A program made the translations under genes and the position numbers. The notes below the pieces were generated by a model. It ran no database searches, had not been told where the DNA came from, and saw nothing but the letters and a program-made list of their open reading frames with translations. From NCBI GenBank assembly GCA_021793315.1, contig JAJYSZ010000003.1, positions 11,032 to 75,031 on the forward strand: 64,000 nucleotides of DNA, in the 5' to 3' direction. This stretch comes from Bacillota bacterium (lineage in GTDB: Bacteria > Bacillota > Sulfobacillia > JAJZYS01 > JAJYTV01). Of the stretch, positions 9,278-18,479 are shown in pieces (the stretch's first letter is position 1; every line of letters begins with the position of its first letter).

Positions 9278-10438
9278 CTATCCGAGCGCGTTGAGGCCGG
9301 TGATGTCGCGCCCGACGATCAGGGTGTGGATCTCGTAGGTTCCCTCGTAGGTATCGACCGACTCGAGGTTCGCCATGTGGCGCATGGCCCTGTACTCGCT
9401 GGTGATGCCGTTGCCGCCCAGGAGTTCGCGCGCCATGCGCGCGGTCTGCAACGCGGCGCGGACGTTGTCGCGCTTGGCCAGCGAGACCTGCGTGAAGGTG
9501 TAGCGGTCGTCCTGCTTCAGCTGGCCCAGGCGCAGGGCCATCAGCTGGCTGCGGGTGGTCAGCGATAGCATGTCGACGAGCGACTGCTGCATGAGCTGCG
9601 TCTGCGCGATCGGCCGGTGGAAGGCGATGCGGTTCTGCGCGTAGTCAAGCGCCTCATTGAAGCAGTCCATGGCGGCGCCGACGGCGCCGAAGGCGATACC
9701 GTAACGGGCCTGCGTCAGGCACGAGAGCGGCGCGGCGAGGCTCTTGGCCTCGGGTAGCCGCAGTTCCTCCGGCAGTTCGACGTCCTCCAGGACGATGTCG
9801 CCGGTGGAGGAGTAGCGCATCGAGATCTTGGTCTCGATCGCGGGAGCCGAGAGGCCCTTCGTTCCCTTGGGCGCGATGAAGCCGCGCACCTTGTTCTCCT
9901 CGTCCATGGCCCAGATGACCAGAACGTCCGCGATCGGCGACGAGGTGATCCAGCGCTTCTCGCCGTTCAGGATCCAATGGTCGCCGACACGCCGGCAATT
10001 CGTGCGCATGGTCCCGGGATCCGAGCCGGCGTCGGGCTCCGTGAGGCCGAAGCATCCGATCAGCTCGCCCTTCGCCATGCGCGGCAGGTAGGTCTTGCGC
10101 TGCTCCTCCGTGCCGTAGCGGTAGATCGCGTGCATCGCGAGGCCGCTTTGCACCGACGCGAAAGAGCGCAGACCGGAGTCGCCGCGCTCGAGTTCCTGCA
10201 TGATCATGCCGTAGGCCACCTGCGAGATGCCTGCACCGCCATACTCTTCGGGCAAGGTCGGGCCGAACAGGCCGAGCTCTCCCATCTTGCGCACGAGATG
10301 AATCGGGAAGCGACCCTGCAGCCAGTCCGCGCCGACGGTCGGCATGACCTCGGCGGCGACGAAGTCGTGCACCATCTGACGAACCGCGCGTTCCTCTTCG
10401 GAGAGCAGGCTTTCGACGTCGAAGTAATCCGGTCCCAT
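9278..10438 (-). CDS. Acyl-CoA dehydrogenase (glutaryl-CoA dehydrogenase-like)
   Basis: ELERGDSGLRS, GCFGLTEPDAGSDP, NGEKRWIT, LGGNGI, TYEGT. Confidence 0.92.
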   Translation of the reverse strand: MGPDYFDVESLLSEEERAVRQMVHDFVAAEVMPTVGADWLQGRFPIHLVRKMGELGLFGPTLPEEYGGAGISQVAYGMIMQELERGDSGLRSFASVQSGLAMHAIYRYGTEEQRKTYLPRMAKGELIGCFGLTEPDAGSDPGTMRTNCRRVGDHWILNGEKRWITSSPIADVLVIWAMDEENKVRGFIAPKGTKGLSAPAIETKISMRYSSTGDIVLEDVELPEELRLPEAKSLAAPLSCLTQARYGIAFGAVGAAMDCFNEALDYAQNRIAFHRPIAQTQLMQQSLVDMLSLTTRSQLMALRLGQLKQDDRYTFTQVSLAKRDNVRAALQTARMARELLGGNGITSEYRAMRHMANLESVDTYEGTYEIHTLIVGRDITGLNALG

Positions 10439-10584
10439 CGCCGTGAGGGCCACCCAAGACCACATCCATTCCGAGAAAGATCTAGCCGCATCGTACCACT
10501 TGGAGATATGGAGCGTCCAGGGCAGGGCCGCCACGCCTTGCCTTTGCTCCATATGTATCGCAGAATGAAACGGAAGGTGATGGC

Positions 10585-11331
10585 TTGGACGGGCCCTTGC
10601 GCACGGTGGAGCGTACGATGAAGCTGCTGGCGGAGATCGGTCCGAGCAGTCAGCCGCTCACCTTGGCGGAGCTGAGCAGAAGGCTCGGACTCGGCAAGGC
10701 GACCGTCCGGCGCTTCCTTTTGAGCCTTGAGGAACTTGGCTATATCGAACGCGATGCACGTGGCAGCTACCTCGCGTCAGCGGCCTTGGGCAAGCTGGCC
10801 GCGCGCCCCGCGACGCGGGTCGGCCCTGCGGTCGTCGAGGCGCTGCGCGACCTCGCGGCGGAAACGCATACGGCGATCAGTCTCGGCGTGCTGAACGGCC
10901 GCGATGTCCTCTACCTCTGGCGCGAGCCGCCCGGATCGGCGGCGGGCGTCGCCCTGGGAGAAGGCGCTCGCCTGCCGGCCCACGCGACCGCCATCGGCAA
11001 GGTGCTGCTCTCGCAGCTCACCCATACCGCTGTCGAGGAGATCTACACAGCGCAGCCGCCCGGGGCGTTCACGCCGCGGACCATCGCAAGCCTGCCCCTG
11101 CTGCTGGGCGCGCTGCAGGAAATCCGCCGCCAGGGCTGGGCCCTCTCGGACGGCGAACTCGAGGAAGGACTGACGGCGGCCGCGGTTCCCGTCTACGATC
11201 GGGGAGGCAACCTGCGCTGGGCCCTGAACGCGTCCTCCTCGGGACATCGCATGGCTCCCGCGGCCTTTGCGACCGACGTGGTACCGGCCTTGCTGAGAGC
11301 CGCGGGCACGATCGGCGGCCTCGAAGCCTAG
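10585..11331 (+). CDS. IclR-family transcriptional regulator
   Basis: N-terminal HTH (LTLAELSRRLGLGKATVRRFL) and GARLPAHATAIGKVLL; divergent from the acyl-CoA dehydrogenase gene. Confidence 0.92.
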   Translation: MDGPLRTVERTMKLLAEIGPSSQPLTLAELSRRLGLGKATVRRFLLSLEELGYIERDARGSYLASAALGKLAARPATRVGPAVVEALRDLAAETHTAISLGVLNGRDVLYLWREPPGSAAGVALGEGARLPAHATAIGKVLLSQLTHTAVEEIYTAQPPGAFTPRTIASLPLLLGALQEIRRQGWALSDGELEEGLTAAAVPVYDRGGNLRWALNASSSGHRMAPAAFATDVVPALLRAAGTIGGLEA

Positions 11332-11403
11332 ATCTGCCGCGACCCGGCGACAAGAAGGGTCGCTCCCGCAATGGCGGGGGCGACCCTTGGGTCTATGCCG
11401 GGA

Positions 11404-12660
11404 TTACGAGTTGGCAGCGGTCTTGGGGTGCAGATCGCGGCGCACCGGGCGGGGCTTGGCGCCGATGTGCCAGATGCGCCCGCGCGTCGGAACGAAGCGG
11501 CCTTCGTGCGCCAGGATCTTGCGGCGGATGGCCGCCGTGTGCATGCCCATCAGCAGGGAGAGATCGGGCAGCGACAGCAGCGCCCCCTGTTCCCACGCCT
11601 CGTTCGCGTAGCGCTCGATGCGGCCGAACTTGAGTTCGAACACGCGCCGGCGCGAGACGCCGCGGTAGCCGGCGGCCGCATCCTGCTGCGTGAAGTAGCT
11701 TATGTGCACGGGCAGGACGCGTGCGGACTCCAGCCGGGCGCCGGCGCCCTGATCGGCCGCCAGCGCGAAGAAGACCATCTCGTCTTCCTGCAGGGTGCGC
11801 AGGCCGAGTTCTTCCACCGTCTCGCCGAGCCACTGCAGGTAGCGCTGGCCCTCGAAGGCTGTAAAGGCGCTCGTCTCCACAGGGCTCTTGCCGATCGGCT
11901 GCAGCCACTCGTCGATCAGCGTCGCCGCCTGATGGTGCAGGCGCGGGTGAAGCGCCGCCCAGCGCGCGACGGCCGCCAGGTGCTCGTGCTCGACATCCGA
12001 GTAGCCGGGGATGCGGCTCTGGCCGTCCGACATGAGCTGGCCCAGCCTGCGCATCATGCGGCGGAACGAGCCTTCGCTGATACCGAGCACGCTGCGCTCA
12101 AGCGATACGTCGCCGAACTCCAGGTACCGGCGGACGAGCCAGGCGTCCAGAGCCTGGCGCTGTTCGCCGGGCTTCGGGCCGCCGACGTGCGGCAGCCAGA
12201 TGCCGAGCTCGCGGACGGGCTCGAGGCGGTGCTCCAGGGCGGTCGGGGTGAGGTTGGCCCAGGCGGCGAGCTCTGTCAGGGATGCGTAGCCGCCCTGGCG
12301 GTAAATTTCGTAGATCCAGCGGATCAGGCGTCGGCGCTGCAGCACCGCAAGTCCGTACACTTGCCAGATTTCCGCGTCCTCGTCGACATCCACCGCCGTG
12401 ATGGTGGCGGTGCGGCGGCGCGTTGGGGCATAGCGGCGGGATGCCGTTTCAGGCACCGAGAGGCGCACCGATCCCGGCAGGGTGAGCCCCTGCACCTGGC
12501 TCATCCAGGCGAGACTCTCGTCGGCGATCTCCTCCGCCGCGAAAGCACTCTGGTCAAACTCTTTGCGCAGCGTCCGCACGAGCAGGGCCCTGGCACTCTT
12601 CGGCCGGACCCACGACGTCGTGTGCTGCAACGAATTCTGGTACCTGACGAGCTCCCCCAC
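11404..12660 (-). CDS. DUF1670-like protein with two HTH-containing repeats
   Basis: RIERYANEAWEQGALLSLPDLSLLMG...VPTRGRIWHIG, plus an upstream degenerate copy RLIRWIYEIYRQGGYASLTELA...LPHVG. GGAGG precedes GTG at 12660 (ORF track start 12675). Confidence 0.7.
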   Translation of the reverse strand: MGELVRYQNSLQHTTSWVRPKSARALLVRTLRKEFDQSAFAAEEIADESLAWMSQVQGLTLPGSVRLSVPETASRRYAPTRRRTATITAVDVDEDAEIWQVYGLAVLQRRRLIRWIYEIYRQGGYASLTELAAWANLTPTALEHRLEPVRELGIWLPHVGGPKPGEQRQALDAWLVRRYLEFGDVSLERSVLGISEGSFRRMMRRLGQLMSDGQSRIPGYSDVEHEHLAAVARWAALHPRLHHQAATLIDEWLQPIGKSPVETSAFTAFEGQRYLQWLGETVEELGLRTLQEDEMVFFALAADQGAGARLESARVLPVHISYFTQQDAAAGYRGVSRRRVFELKFGRIERYANEAWEQGALLSLPDLSLLMGMHTAAIRRKILAHEGRFVPTRGRIWHIGAKPRPVRRDLHPKTAANS

Positions 12661-12724
12661 TGTGGCCACCTCCATGGATTTCGGGACAGTGTGGAGGGGG
12701 CGGCTCGGCCGCCCCCTCTCGTTA

Positions 12725-14110
12725 CTAGTGCGAGTGCTGCACCCTGGCCGTGCTGGCGGCCTGAGTCTGTCCGCGGCCCACCACCGACCAGATGGCGAGC
12801 AGGGCGCCGATCACGACGACCACGAAGCCGATCGTGGTGATGACGAACGAGACGCCATGACTGGCCTGGGAGACGAAGATGTAGAGCATGCCGCCTATGA
12901 AAGAGACGAACGCTCCGGCGAGCAGCGTCCAGGTGGCACTGCGCTTGAGGCCCTCGTCGATGGCGAGCCACTTGAGGGCCAGCAGTACGGTGAGGATCGC
13001 TGGCAGCAGGAAGAAGGCGAAGTCCTGGTGGAACCAGGTGAATACGGAGTCGGCGGCCGAGCCGGGCGCACCCGTGGCACCGGCGCCAAAGATGTTCTCG
13101 TGGAACTCGATGTAGTAGCCGAAGCCGACCACCGTGACGAAGAGGATGGCTGTGACGAGCGCCGCGCCCCAGCGGTGCAGGGCATTCGGCAGGGCTTCCG
13201 CACCGAGGCCGATCAGAGCGAGCAGGCCGCCGCCCATCACGAAGACGCCTGTCACGAGGTCGTCGCCCGCGAGTCCGTTGACACCTCCTGGGCCGCTTGC
13301 GAAGAGCATGGGCGGCTGGGCGACCGAGAAGCCGCCTACGACGTAGACGAGCGTCATGACGATCGTGCCGATGGAGACGAGCCAGAGTCCGACCTTCATC
13401 AGCTTGCTGCCTACGCGGTCAACGCCGTAGGCAGCGCAGGTCGTGGCGATCGCCAGTGCGATGACCGCGGTCACCATCTCGTGCGAGTGCGATCCGATCA
13501 GGTTGGCCATCCAGTCCTGCCACTTCATGCCCGCAAGCGTGGCGTAGCCGCCGATGATGCCCTTCGGCCAGTCGCCGAACTCGAGCATCCAGCCTGCGAT
13601 GTGTCCCATGATCGCCGCCAGAAGTGCGCTTATTGCGGCAAAGGCGGCCGTCCAGGCCCAGACGCGACGGGTGTCGGCGGCCCGGAAGAACAGCGCGATG
13701 CTCAGGGAAACGAGGATCTCGTCCAGGAAGAAGAAGGAGACGATCTGGATCCAGAGCGGGAACGTGTCGGTGACCGCGTGGTCGAAGATGCCGCCGATGC
13801 CGCTGAGCAATGTAGCGCCCAGCGTACCCCAGAGAATGAGATTGTGCAGGGTCTTGTTCTTGTGGGATGCGCCGAAGACGTCCATCGCGACCAGGGAAAG
13901 GAAGCCCACCATGCCGATCAGTAGGCCGTGCAGGTACATGACGTGCGCGTAGTCGATGTTCGCGCCGGCTGACGGTTCCGACTGGAATGGGGTGTTGACG
14001 AAAGCGCTGCCCAGCGCCAAGAGAAGAAGCCAGACCAGCATGCCGACGACGACACGCTTTTCCGGCGACCAGAGCATATCGCCCAGGTTACTCTTGTCGT
14101 CCTTGGACAT
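12725..14110 (-). CDS. Multi-His ~12-TM integral membrane protein, putative heme/metal-binding (copy 1)
   Basis: About 12 hydrophobic segments; motifs MYLHGLLIG, FFFLDEIL, MGHIAGW, HSHEMV, FHE, WFHQDFA. Alignable over its full length with 25892..27268. Confidence 0.85.
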   Translation of the reverse strand: MSKDDKSNLGDMLWSPEKRVVVGMLVWLLLLALGSAFVNTPFQSEPSAGANIDYAHVMYLHGLLIGMVGFLSLVAMDVFGASHKNKTLHNLILWGTLGATLLSGIGGIFDHAVTDTFPLWIQIVSFFFLDEILVSLSIALFFRAADTRRVWAWTAAFAAISALLAAIMGHIAGWMLEFGDWPKGIIGGYATLAGMKWQDWMANLIGSHSHEMVTAVIALAIATTCAAYGVDRVGSKLMKVGLWLVSIGTIVMTLVYVVGGFSVAQPPMLFASGPGGVNGLAGDDLVTGVFVMGGGLLALIGLGAEALPNALHRWGAALVTAILFVTVVGFGYYIEFHENIFGAGATGAPGSAADSVFTWFHQDFAFFLLPAILTVLLALKWLAIDEGLKRSATWTLLAGAFVSFIGGMLYIFVSQASHGVSFVITTIGFVVVVIGALLAIWSVVGRGQTQAASTARVQHSH

Positions 14111-14267
14111 TGTGGATGCCTCCTCGACCAGAGAATCCGCTCGAGACTCGGCGCCAACCGACGGGATGGCCGATCTTGGCGCCTCACCTACCGTGACCGC
14201 CTTGGGAGCGGTTCAAGGGTGCGGCCCGGGCCGCGTCCTCCGAATGCAGGATAGCAGTGCCGCGATT

Positions 14268-14285
14268 CTGTGAAACTGTGCACAA
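14268..14285. promoter_or_regulatory. Rex/Crp-Fnr-type operator upstream of membrane protein copy 1
   Basis: CTGTGAA-ACTG-TGCACAA versus the Rex consensus TTGTGAA-N4-TTCACAA. Overlaps a minus-strand TTGGAC-N16-CAGAAT promoter-like sequence. Confidence 0.65.
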
Positions 14286-14631
14286 GGTCCAACGTCCAAC
14301 TATCCAAGCGGTCATTCGCATATCGGATTAGACATCATCTTCGCTAAGCGCCTGCGCACGGTTTGGCAGGACGGCCCTTACGCTCAACGGCGGATGAACG
14401 GGCCGAGTCTGCCGTTTGGCCCAGTCCCATAGGCCGTATGAGGCGCGGCATCAGGCCGGGTTTTGCCGTTTATCGGGCATGGATCCCGTGCATGAAGGTC
14501 GGTCGCTGCTATGCGAGCCTGTAGGGATCCCCAGCACTATACCACATGCGTCCTATGCTGCTAGGGTCCGTGGGACCCAGGATCGGCATGTCCGAACGAG
14601 AAGTTATCGGGTTGCTTGGGGGGATGAGCCT

Positions 14632-14847
14632 TTGCAAGATCGCCACTGCTGCGCCACTTGCCAGCACATCGCCGCGGAGCGGAGCGCTGGCGCGGTCGTC
14701 TTCCGTTGCCGCCGCCTCGGCTGGGAGACGCGACCTGGCTGGCGTTTTCGCTGCTGGCAGGAGCGACCTGCCGGGACACCGATGTCCAAGGTCGAGCATC
14801 CTTCCGCGTCTGGCGGCCCACCAACCGAGGATAGGGAAGGTCGGTAA
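14632..14847 (+). CDS. Small Cys-rich (Zn-ribbon-like) hypothetical protein
   Basis: TTG start after a G-rich RBS. CCATCQH...FRCRRLGWETRPGWRFRCW resembles a small conserved Bacillota family (from memory, not searched). Confidence 0.6.
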   Translation: MQDRHCCATCQHIAAERSAGAVVFRCRRLGWETRPGWRFRCWQERPAGTPMSKVEHPSASGGPPTEDREGR

Positions 14848-14850
14848 ACG

Positions 14851-14889
14851 AAGGCAACCCCCGGCAGGCGTGCCGGGGGTTGCCTTTTG
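14851..14889. terminator. Bidirectional intrinsic terminator
   Basis: Inverted repeat AAGGCAACCCCCGGCA...TGCCGGGGGTTGCCTTTT between convergent genes. Confidence 0.8.
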
Positions 14890-14895
14890 GAACTT

Positions 14896-16245
14896 CTAGG
14901 CCGCGACGCGTCGGCTGCCCGAGAAGGCCAGATACAGCCCGCCCGCCACGATCAGACCAAGGATCCACGAGATGTCCGCGCCGCCCAACGCTTTAGCGAC
15001 CGGTCCCTCATAGAGCGTGGAGTTGATGAACGGGATCTCCACCAGGACTGCCAGCACAAACGTGCCGAGTGCCAGCCAGTTGCTGCCGCCATAGCCCTGG
15101 GGCCGGTAGAAGGCCTCGGGGTCGTAGTGGCCGTGGCGCACCAGATAGAAGTCGGTCAGGTTGATGGCCGTCCACGGCACGACGAGATAGGTGAGGAAGG
15201 TGATGAAGTTCGTCAGGTCGGTATTGAAGTTGCCCGCGGCGATGATGCCCAGGACGATGCCGACGACGGCGAACGCGATGATGAGCCCGATGCGCGCGCC
15301 TGACGGCGTGCGCTCGCGCGTGCCGAAGGTGCCTCCGATGGTGTCGATCGTCAGCATGCCGCCGTAGTTGTTCAGCACATTGGCGGCGATGATCCCCAGC
15401 AGGATGATGATCATCATCAGCCAGCCGAGGCCGCCGCTGAGCTGCTGGATGACGCCTACCGAGGAGAGCTTTTCATTGACCTCCGTCAGGACCGCTCCCA
15501 GGATCATCATCCAGACCGAGGCCACCACCGTGCCCCAGAAGGTGGTGTTGAACGTGGTGCCCACGCCGATGTCCTTGGGAAGGTAGCGGGAGTAGTCGGA
15601 GACGTAAGGGGCGTAGGTGATCTGCCAAGTGACCGCAATGGTCACACCGAGCAGGAAGGTGCCCCAGTTGAAGCCCGACATCGCCCAGGCCGACGCCGGA
15701 ACGTGCCCACCCAGGCCGACCGCGAAGGTGAACACGAGGAAGGCGACCAGGAAGATGAGCGAGAGGTAGCGCTGGTAGGCGTGAATCAGGTCGTAGCCGA
15801 AGATTGCCATCGCGGCCGTGATGGCGCCGAGCACGATCGTGCCCACGGCGACCGGCAACCCCGTCAGGCTCTGCAGCGCTTCGCCGCCGAGGGCCCCGCT
15901 CAGGGCGAAGAAGCCGAGGTACATCACAACGACGAGGACAAGCGGCAGAATAGCGCCGTAGAATCCGAACTGTGCCCGGGACTGGATCATCTGCGGCACG
16001 CCGATGATGGGTCCCTGAGCGCTGTGGTAGGCCATGAAGACGGCGCCGACAAGGTTGCCTAGAATGATGGCGATGATCGACCAGATCAGAGGCAGGCCTA
16101 TGAAGACGTAGGCCGCCCCCACCGCGATGGTGGTCAGCTGCATGTTTGCCGAGAACCAGAGCGTGAAGAGGTCGCGTGCCTTGCCGTGGCGCTCCCCCTG
16201 GGGTATCGGTTCCACCGCGTGCGTCTCAGCCTGCCAGACGGACAA
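14896..16245 (-). CDS. NCS1 family purine/cytosine permease
   Basis: ERHGKARDLFTLWFSAN, GVPQMIQSRAQFG, YAPYVSDYSRYLP, PWTAINLTDFY. Confidence 0.92.
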   Translation of the reverse strand: MSVWQAETHAVEPIPQGERHGKARDLFTLWFSANMQLTTIAVGAAYVFIGLPLIWSIIAIILGNLVGAVFMAYHSAQGPIIGVPQMIQSRAQFGFYGAILPLVLVVVMYLGFFALSGALGGEALQSLTGLPVAVGTIVLGAITAAMAIFGYDLIHAYQRYLSLIFLVAFLVFTFAVGLGGHVPASAWAMSGFNWGTFLLGVTIAVTWQITYAPYVSDYSRYLPKDIGVGTTFNTTFWGTVVASVWMMILGAVLTEVNEKLSSVGVIQQLSGGLGWLMMIIILLGIIAANVLNNYGGMLTIDTIGGTFGTRERTPSGARIGLIIAFAVVGIVLGIIAAGNFNTDLTNFITFLTYLVVPWTAINLTDFYLVRHGHYDPEAFYRPQGYGGSNWLALGTFVLAVLVEIPFINSTLYEGPVAKALGGADISWILGLIVAGGLYLAFSGSRRVAA

Positions 16246-16443
16246 TGCGCATGCCTCCCTTGGATGACGGTGGATCCCCCGCCCAAACCTCCCTTCGGGT
16301 GCCGCGCTTTCACATACGAACGTGGTGGTCTTTCGGCGCCGTCAACCCTCATACCTGCGCACTTGGGATGGCCCGGGCACTGCGCTATACTACGATCGTC
16401 GGCAGCATCGGCGGCCGCTTTCGGCCACCAAGGAGGCGTCCGG

Positions 16444-16647
16444 GTGAACGTCAACATCGGCGGAACAGAGCGCGCGATCCGCACGACGTTCGGAGTCATC
16501 TTTGCCATCCTCGCGATCGTTCGGCTCGGGGGTACCGTCGGGGTCATCATTTTTGGCATCCTGGCGTTGATCGCACTGGTCACCGGCATCTCCGGCACGT
16601 GCCCGCTCTACGCGGCATTCCACATCGACGCAGCCCACAAGGACTGA
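16444..16647 (+). CDS. DUF2892 (YgaP-like) small membrane protein
   Basis: AGGAGG precedes GTG; NIGGTERAIR, two TM helices, TGISGTCPLY. Confidence 0.88.
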   Translation: MNVNIGGTERAIRTTFGVIFAILAIVRLGGTVGVIIFGILALIALVTGISGTCPLYAAFHIDAAHKD

Positions 16648-16685
16648 CCCCGCGTGGCGTCCCCACGTTCAGGGGGCGCGACAAA

Positions 16686-16721
16686 AAAGAGCGGGCCCCC
16701 CGGCGGGGGGCCCGCTCTTTT
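16686..16721. terminator. Bidirectional intrinsic terminator
   Basis: AAAGAGCGGGCCCCCC...GGGGGGCCCGCTCTTTT between convergent genes. Confidence 0.85.
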
Positions 16722-16730
16722 GGCTTCTCC

Positions 16731-17363
16731 TCAGGCGCCGACGACAGCCTGGATCGCCTTCACGAGGTGATCCTCGGGCACCGCGCCCTCCAGGTAGTGC
16801 CGTCCCTCGTTGATCACGGTCTTGGGGACCCCGCGCACGTTGTGCTTGCGGGTCAGGTCCCAGAATTCGTTGGCGTCGACCATCTCGGCCACGACATGCG
16901 GCGAGTACATTGCCATCTGGTGTGCCAGGCGTACAGCCCGGGGGCAGTATGGTCAGGTGGGGGTGGTGAACACCTGCAGGTGGACATCCTCGGTCAGCGA
17001 CTCGAGGTATCTCTTGGTCGCGTCGGAGAGTTCGATCTGGCCCTGCGACAGATCGATGATGTCCTGAATCAGTACACCGAACTCGTGTCCCGCCGGGGCG
17101 CCGGTGAAGCGCGCGCGGGAGAGGCCCTCCGGTCCTTCGAGCAGGATCGACGGCAGCGACTCCTCCTCTAGACCGTACCGGCCGGCGTCAGCGACTTCAG
17201 CGCGCTGGTAGCTGAGCTTGGGGCTCAAGCCATCGAGTTCCGAGAGCAGCTGGTCGAGTTCCGACTTGCCTCCCTCGTCCACCAAGATCATCTTGATGGG
17301 GTCGCCGATCTGGGAGAACATCTCCTCGACCTGCTGCTTGACGTTTGCTGGCAGGATGGCCAA
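16731..17363 (-). CDS. Thioredoxin-fold protein disulfide oxidoreductase (AhpF N-terminal/PDO-like), selenocysteine at TGA 16953-16955
   Basis: ORFs 16953..17402 and 16731..16916 are in one frame: GAPAGHEF...LQVFTTPT-TGA-PYCPRAV...VRGVPKTVIN, giving a UxxC motif. Hairpin just downstream of the TGA; TTG start at 17363. Confidence 0.88.
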
Positions 17364-17454
17364 TGGCTGCACCTTCCTTTCGCTGCGGCCATGGCGTGAC
17401 ATGCTCCGCAGGGTTTCCGCAGGCCACGCCGCGTCCGGCGTTGGCGCTACACGT

Positions 17455-17470
17455 ATACCAGTATAGGTAT
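17455..17470. promoter_or_regulatory. CsoR/CstR-type operator upstream of the selenoprotein gene
   Basis: ATACC-AGTATA-GGTAT inverted repeat; same ATAC-N8-GTAT layout as 42730-42745. Confidence 0.55.
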
Positions 17471-17534
17471 CCGGCAGTATCCGCGCAACCCCAGTTTGCC
17501 CAACTGCCGCCCGCTTCTTCGGCGAACTTGCGGC

Positions 17535-18479
17535 TCAGTCAGGCACCGGACGACCTGCGGCCGGCCCGCCTTTGACGCGCCAGAAGAGGAACGGCTTGGC
17601 CGCATCCGAGGTCCCAAGCTGCCCGTCTTCCGTCACCCAGAGGGCTGCCAGCTGCCCGCAGGCTTGCGCGATGCCCGTGGACCCGCGGAGGAAGAGCGTC
17701 TTGCTCCAGATTTCGGTCCAGGCAGGGTCGCGGCCGATGACCGTGACGGCGAGCAGCCCCTGCCCACCCGGACGTCCGGTGCGCGGATCGATTAGGTGAT
17801 GGACGGTCTGGCCGTCGTGCTGCCAGCGGTGCCTCGCGATCGAGGAGGTACAGACTGCACCGCCCTCAGGCAGCTGCAGTGCCGCGATCAGGTCCTCCGG
17901 ATTGCGTGGATCCTCGATTCCGACCTGCCAGCCGCGGCCTTGCGGGCCGTCGCCCGAGGCCAGGAGGTCGCCGCCGGCGTTGAGCAGGAAGTTCCCTGTC
18001 ACATGTTGCGCAATGCGGGCTCCCCAGCGCACGCCGAGCCCTTTGCCGATGCCGCCGAGGTCGAGCGCAGCGAGTGTGCGCACCTCCAACTGCCGTGGCC
18101 GGCGAACGAGCCAGCCAGGGCTGGGATCCGACACAGGGGAACTGCCGCGCGGTGCCCCCACATAGCCGTACTCCTCAAGGCGATCCAGGATGCGCGGGTC
18201 GAAGAGACCGGCCGTGCGTCGGTAGGCGCGCAGGGAGGTCGCAAGGGCTGTGTAGAGCCTTGGTGACACCGTCGTCCACAGGCCGGCGCGCCCGTTCAGT
18301 CGCGCGAGTTCGGCCGTCGGGCGAAAACGCGACATCGCCTGTTCGCTGGTCTCGAAGTCCGCCGCAGCCGCCCTTGCGACGGCAAGAGCCATCGCTTCGC
18401 CCACCGCGGGCAGATGCAGGCTGACCGGCGAGTGCATGGCGTTCCACTGAAAGGAGCCGTCCGATCCTTTGGTGACCAA
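17535..18479 (-). CDS. apbE: FAD:protein FMN transferase
   Basis: MSRFRPTAELARLN, LDLGGIGKG, NAGGDL, GWQVGIEDP, VCTSS, HHLIDPRTG. No signal peptide or lipobox seen. Confidence 0.95.
   Translation of the reverse strand: MVTKGSDGSFQWNAMHSPVSLHLPAVGEAMALAVARAAAADFETSEQAMSRFRPTAELARLNGRAGLWTTVSPRLYTALATSLRAYRRTAGLFDPRILDRLEEYGYVGAPRGSSPVSDPSPGWLVRRPRQLEVRTLAALDLGGIGKGLGVRWGARIAQHVTGNFLLNAGGDLLASGDGPQGRGWQVGIEDPRNPEDLIAALQLPEGGAVCTSSIARHRWQHDGQTVHHLIDPRTGRPGGQGLLAVTVIGRDPAWTEIWSKTLFLRGSTGIAQACGQLAALWVTEDGQLGTSDAAKPFLFWRVKGGPAAGRPVPD

Noticed and set aside
12725-14110. Calling the multi-His membrane protein a cytochrome c oxidase or NO reductase subunit I
   Set aside because: The diagnostic GHPxVY/E and adjacent HH motifs are absent and no subunit II is nearby; left as an unknown family.
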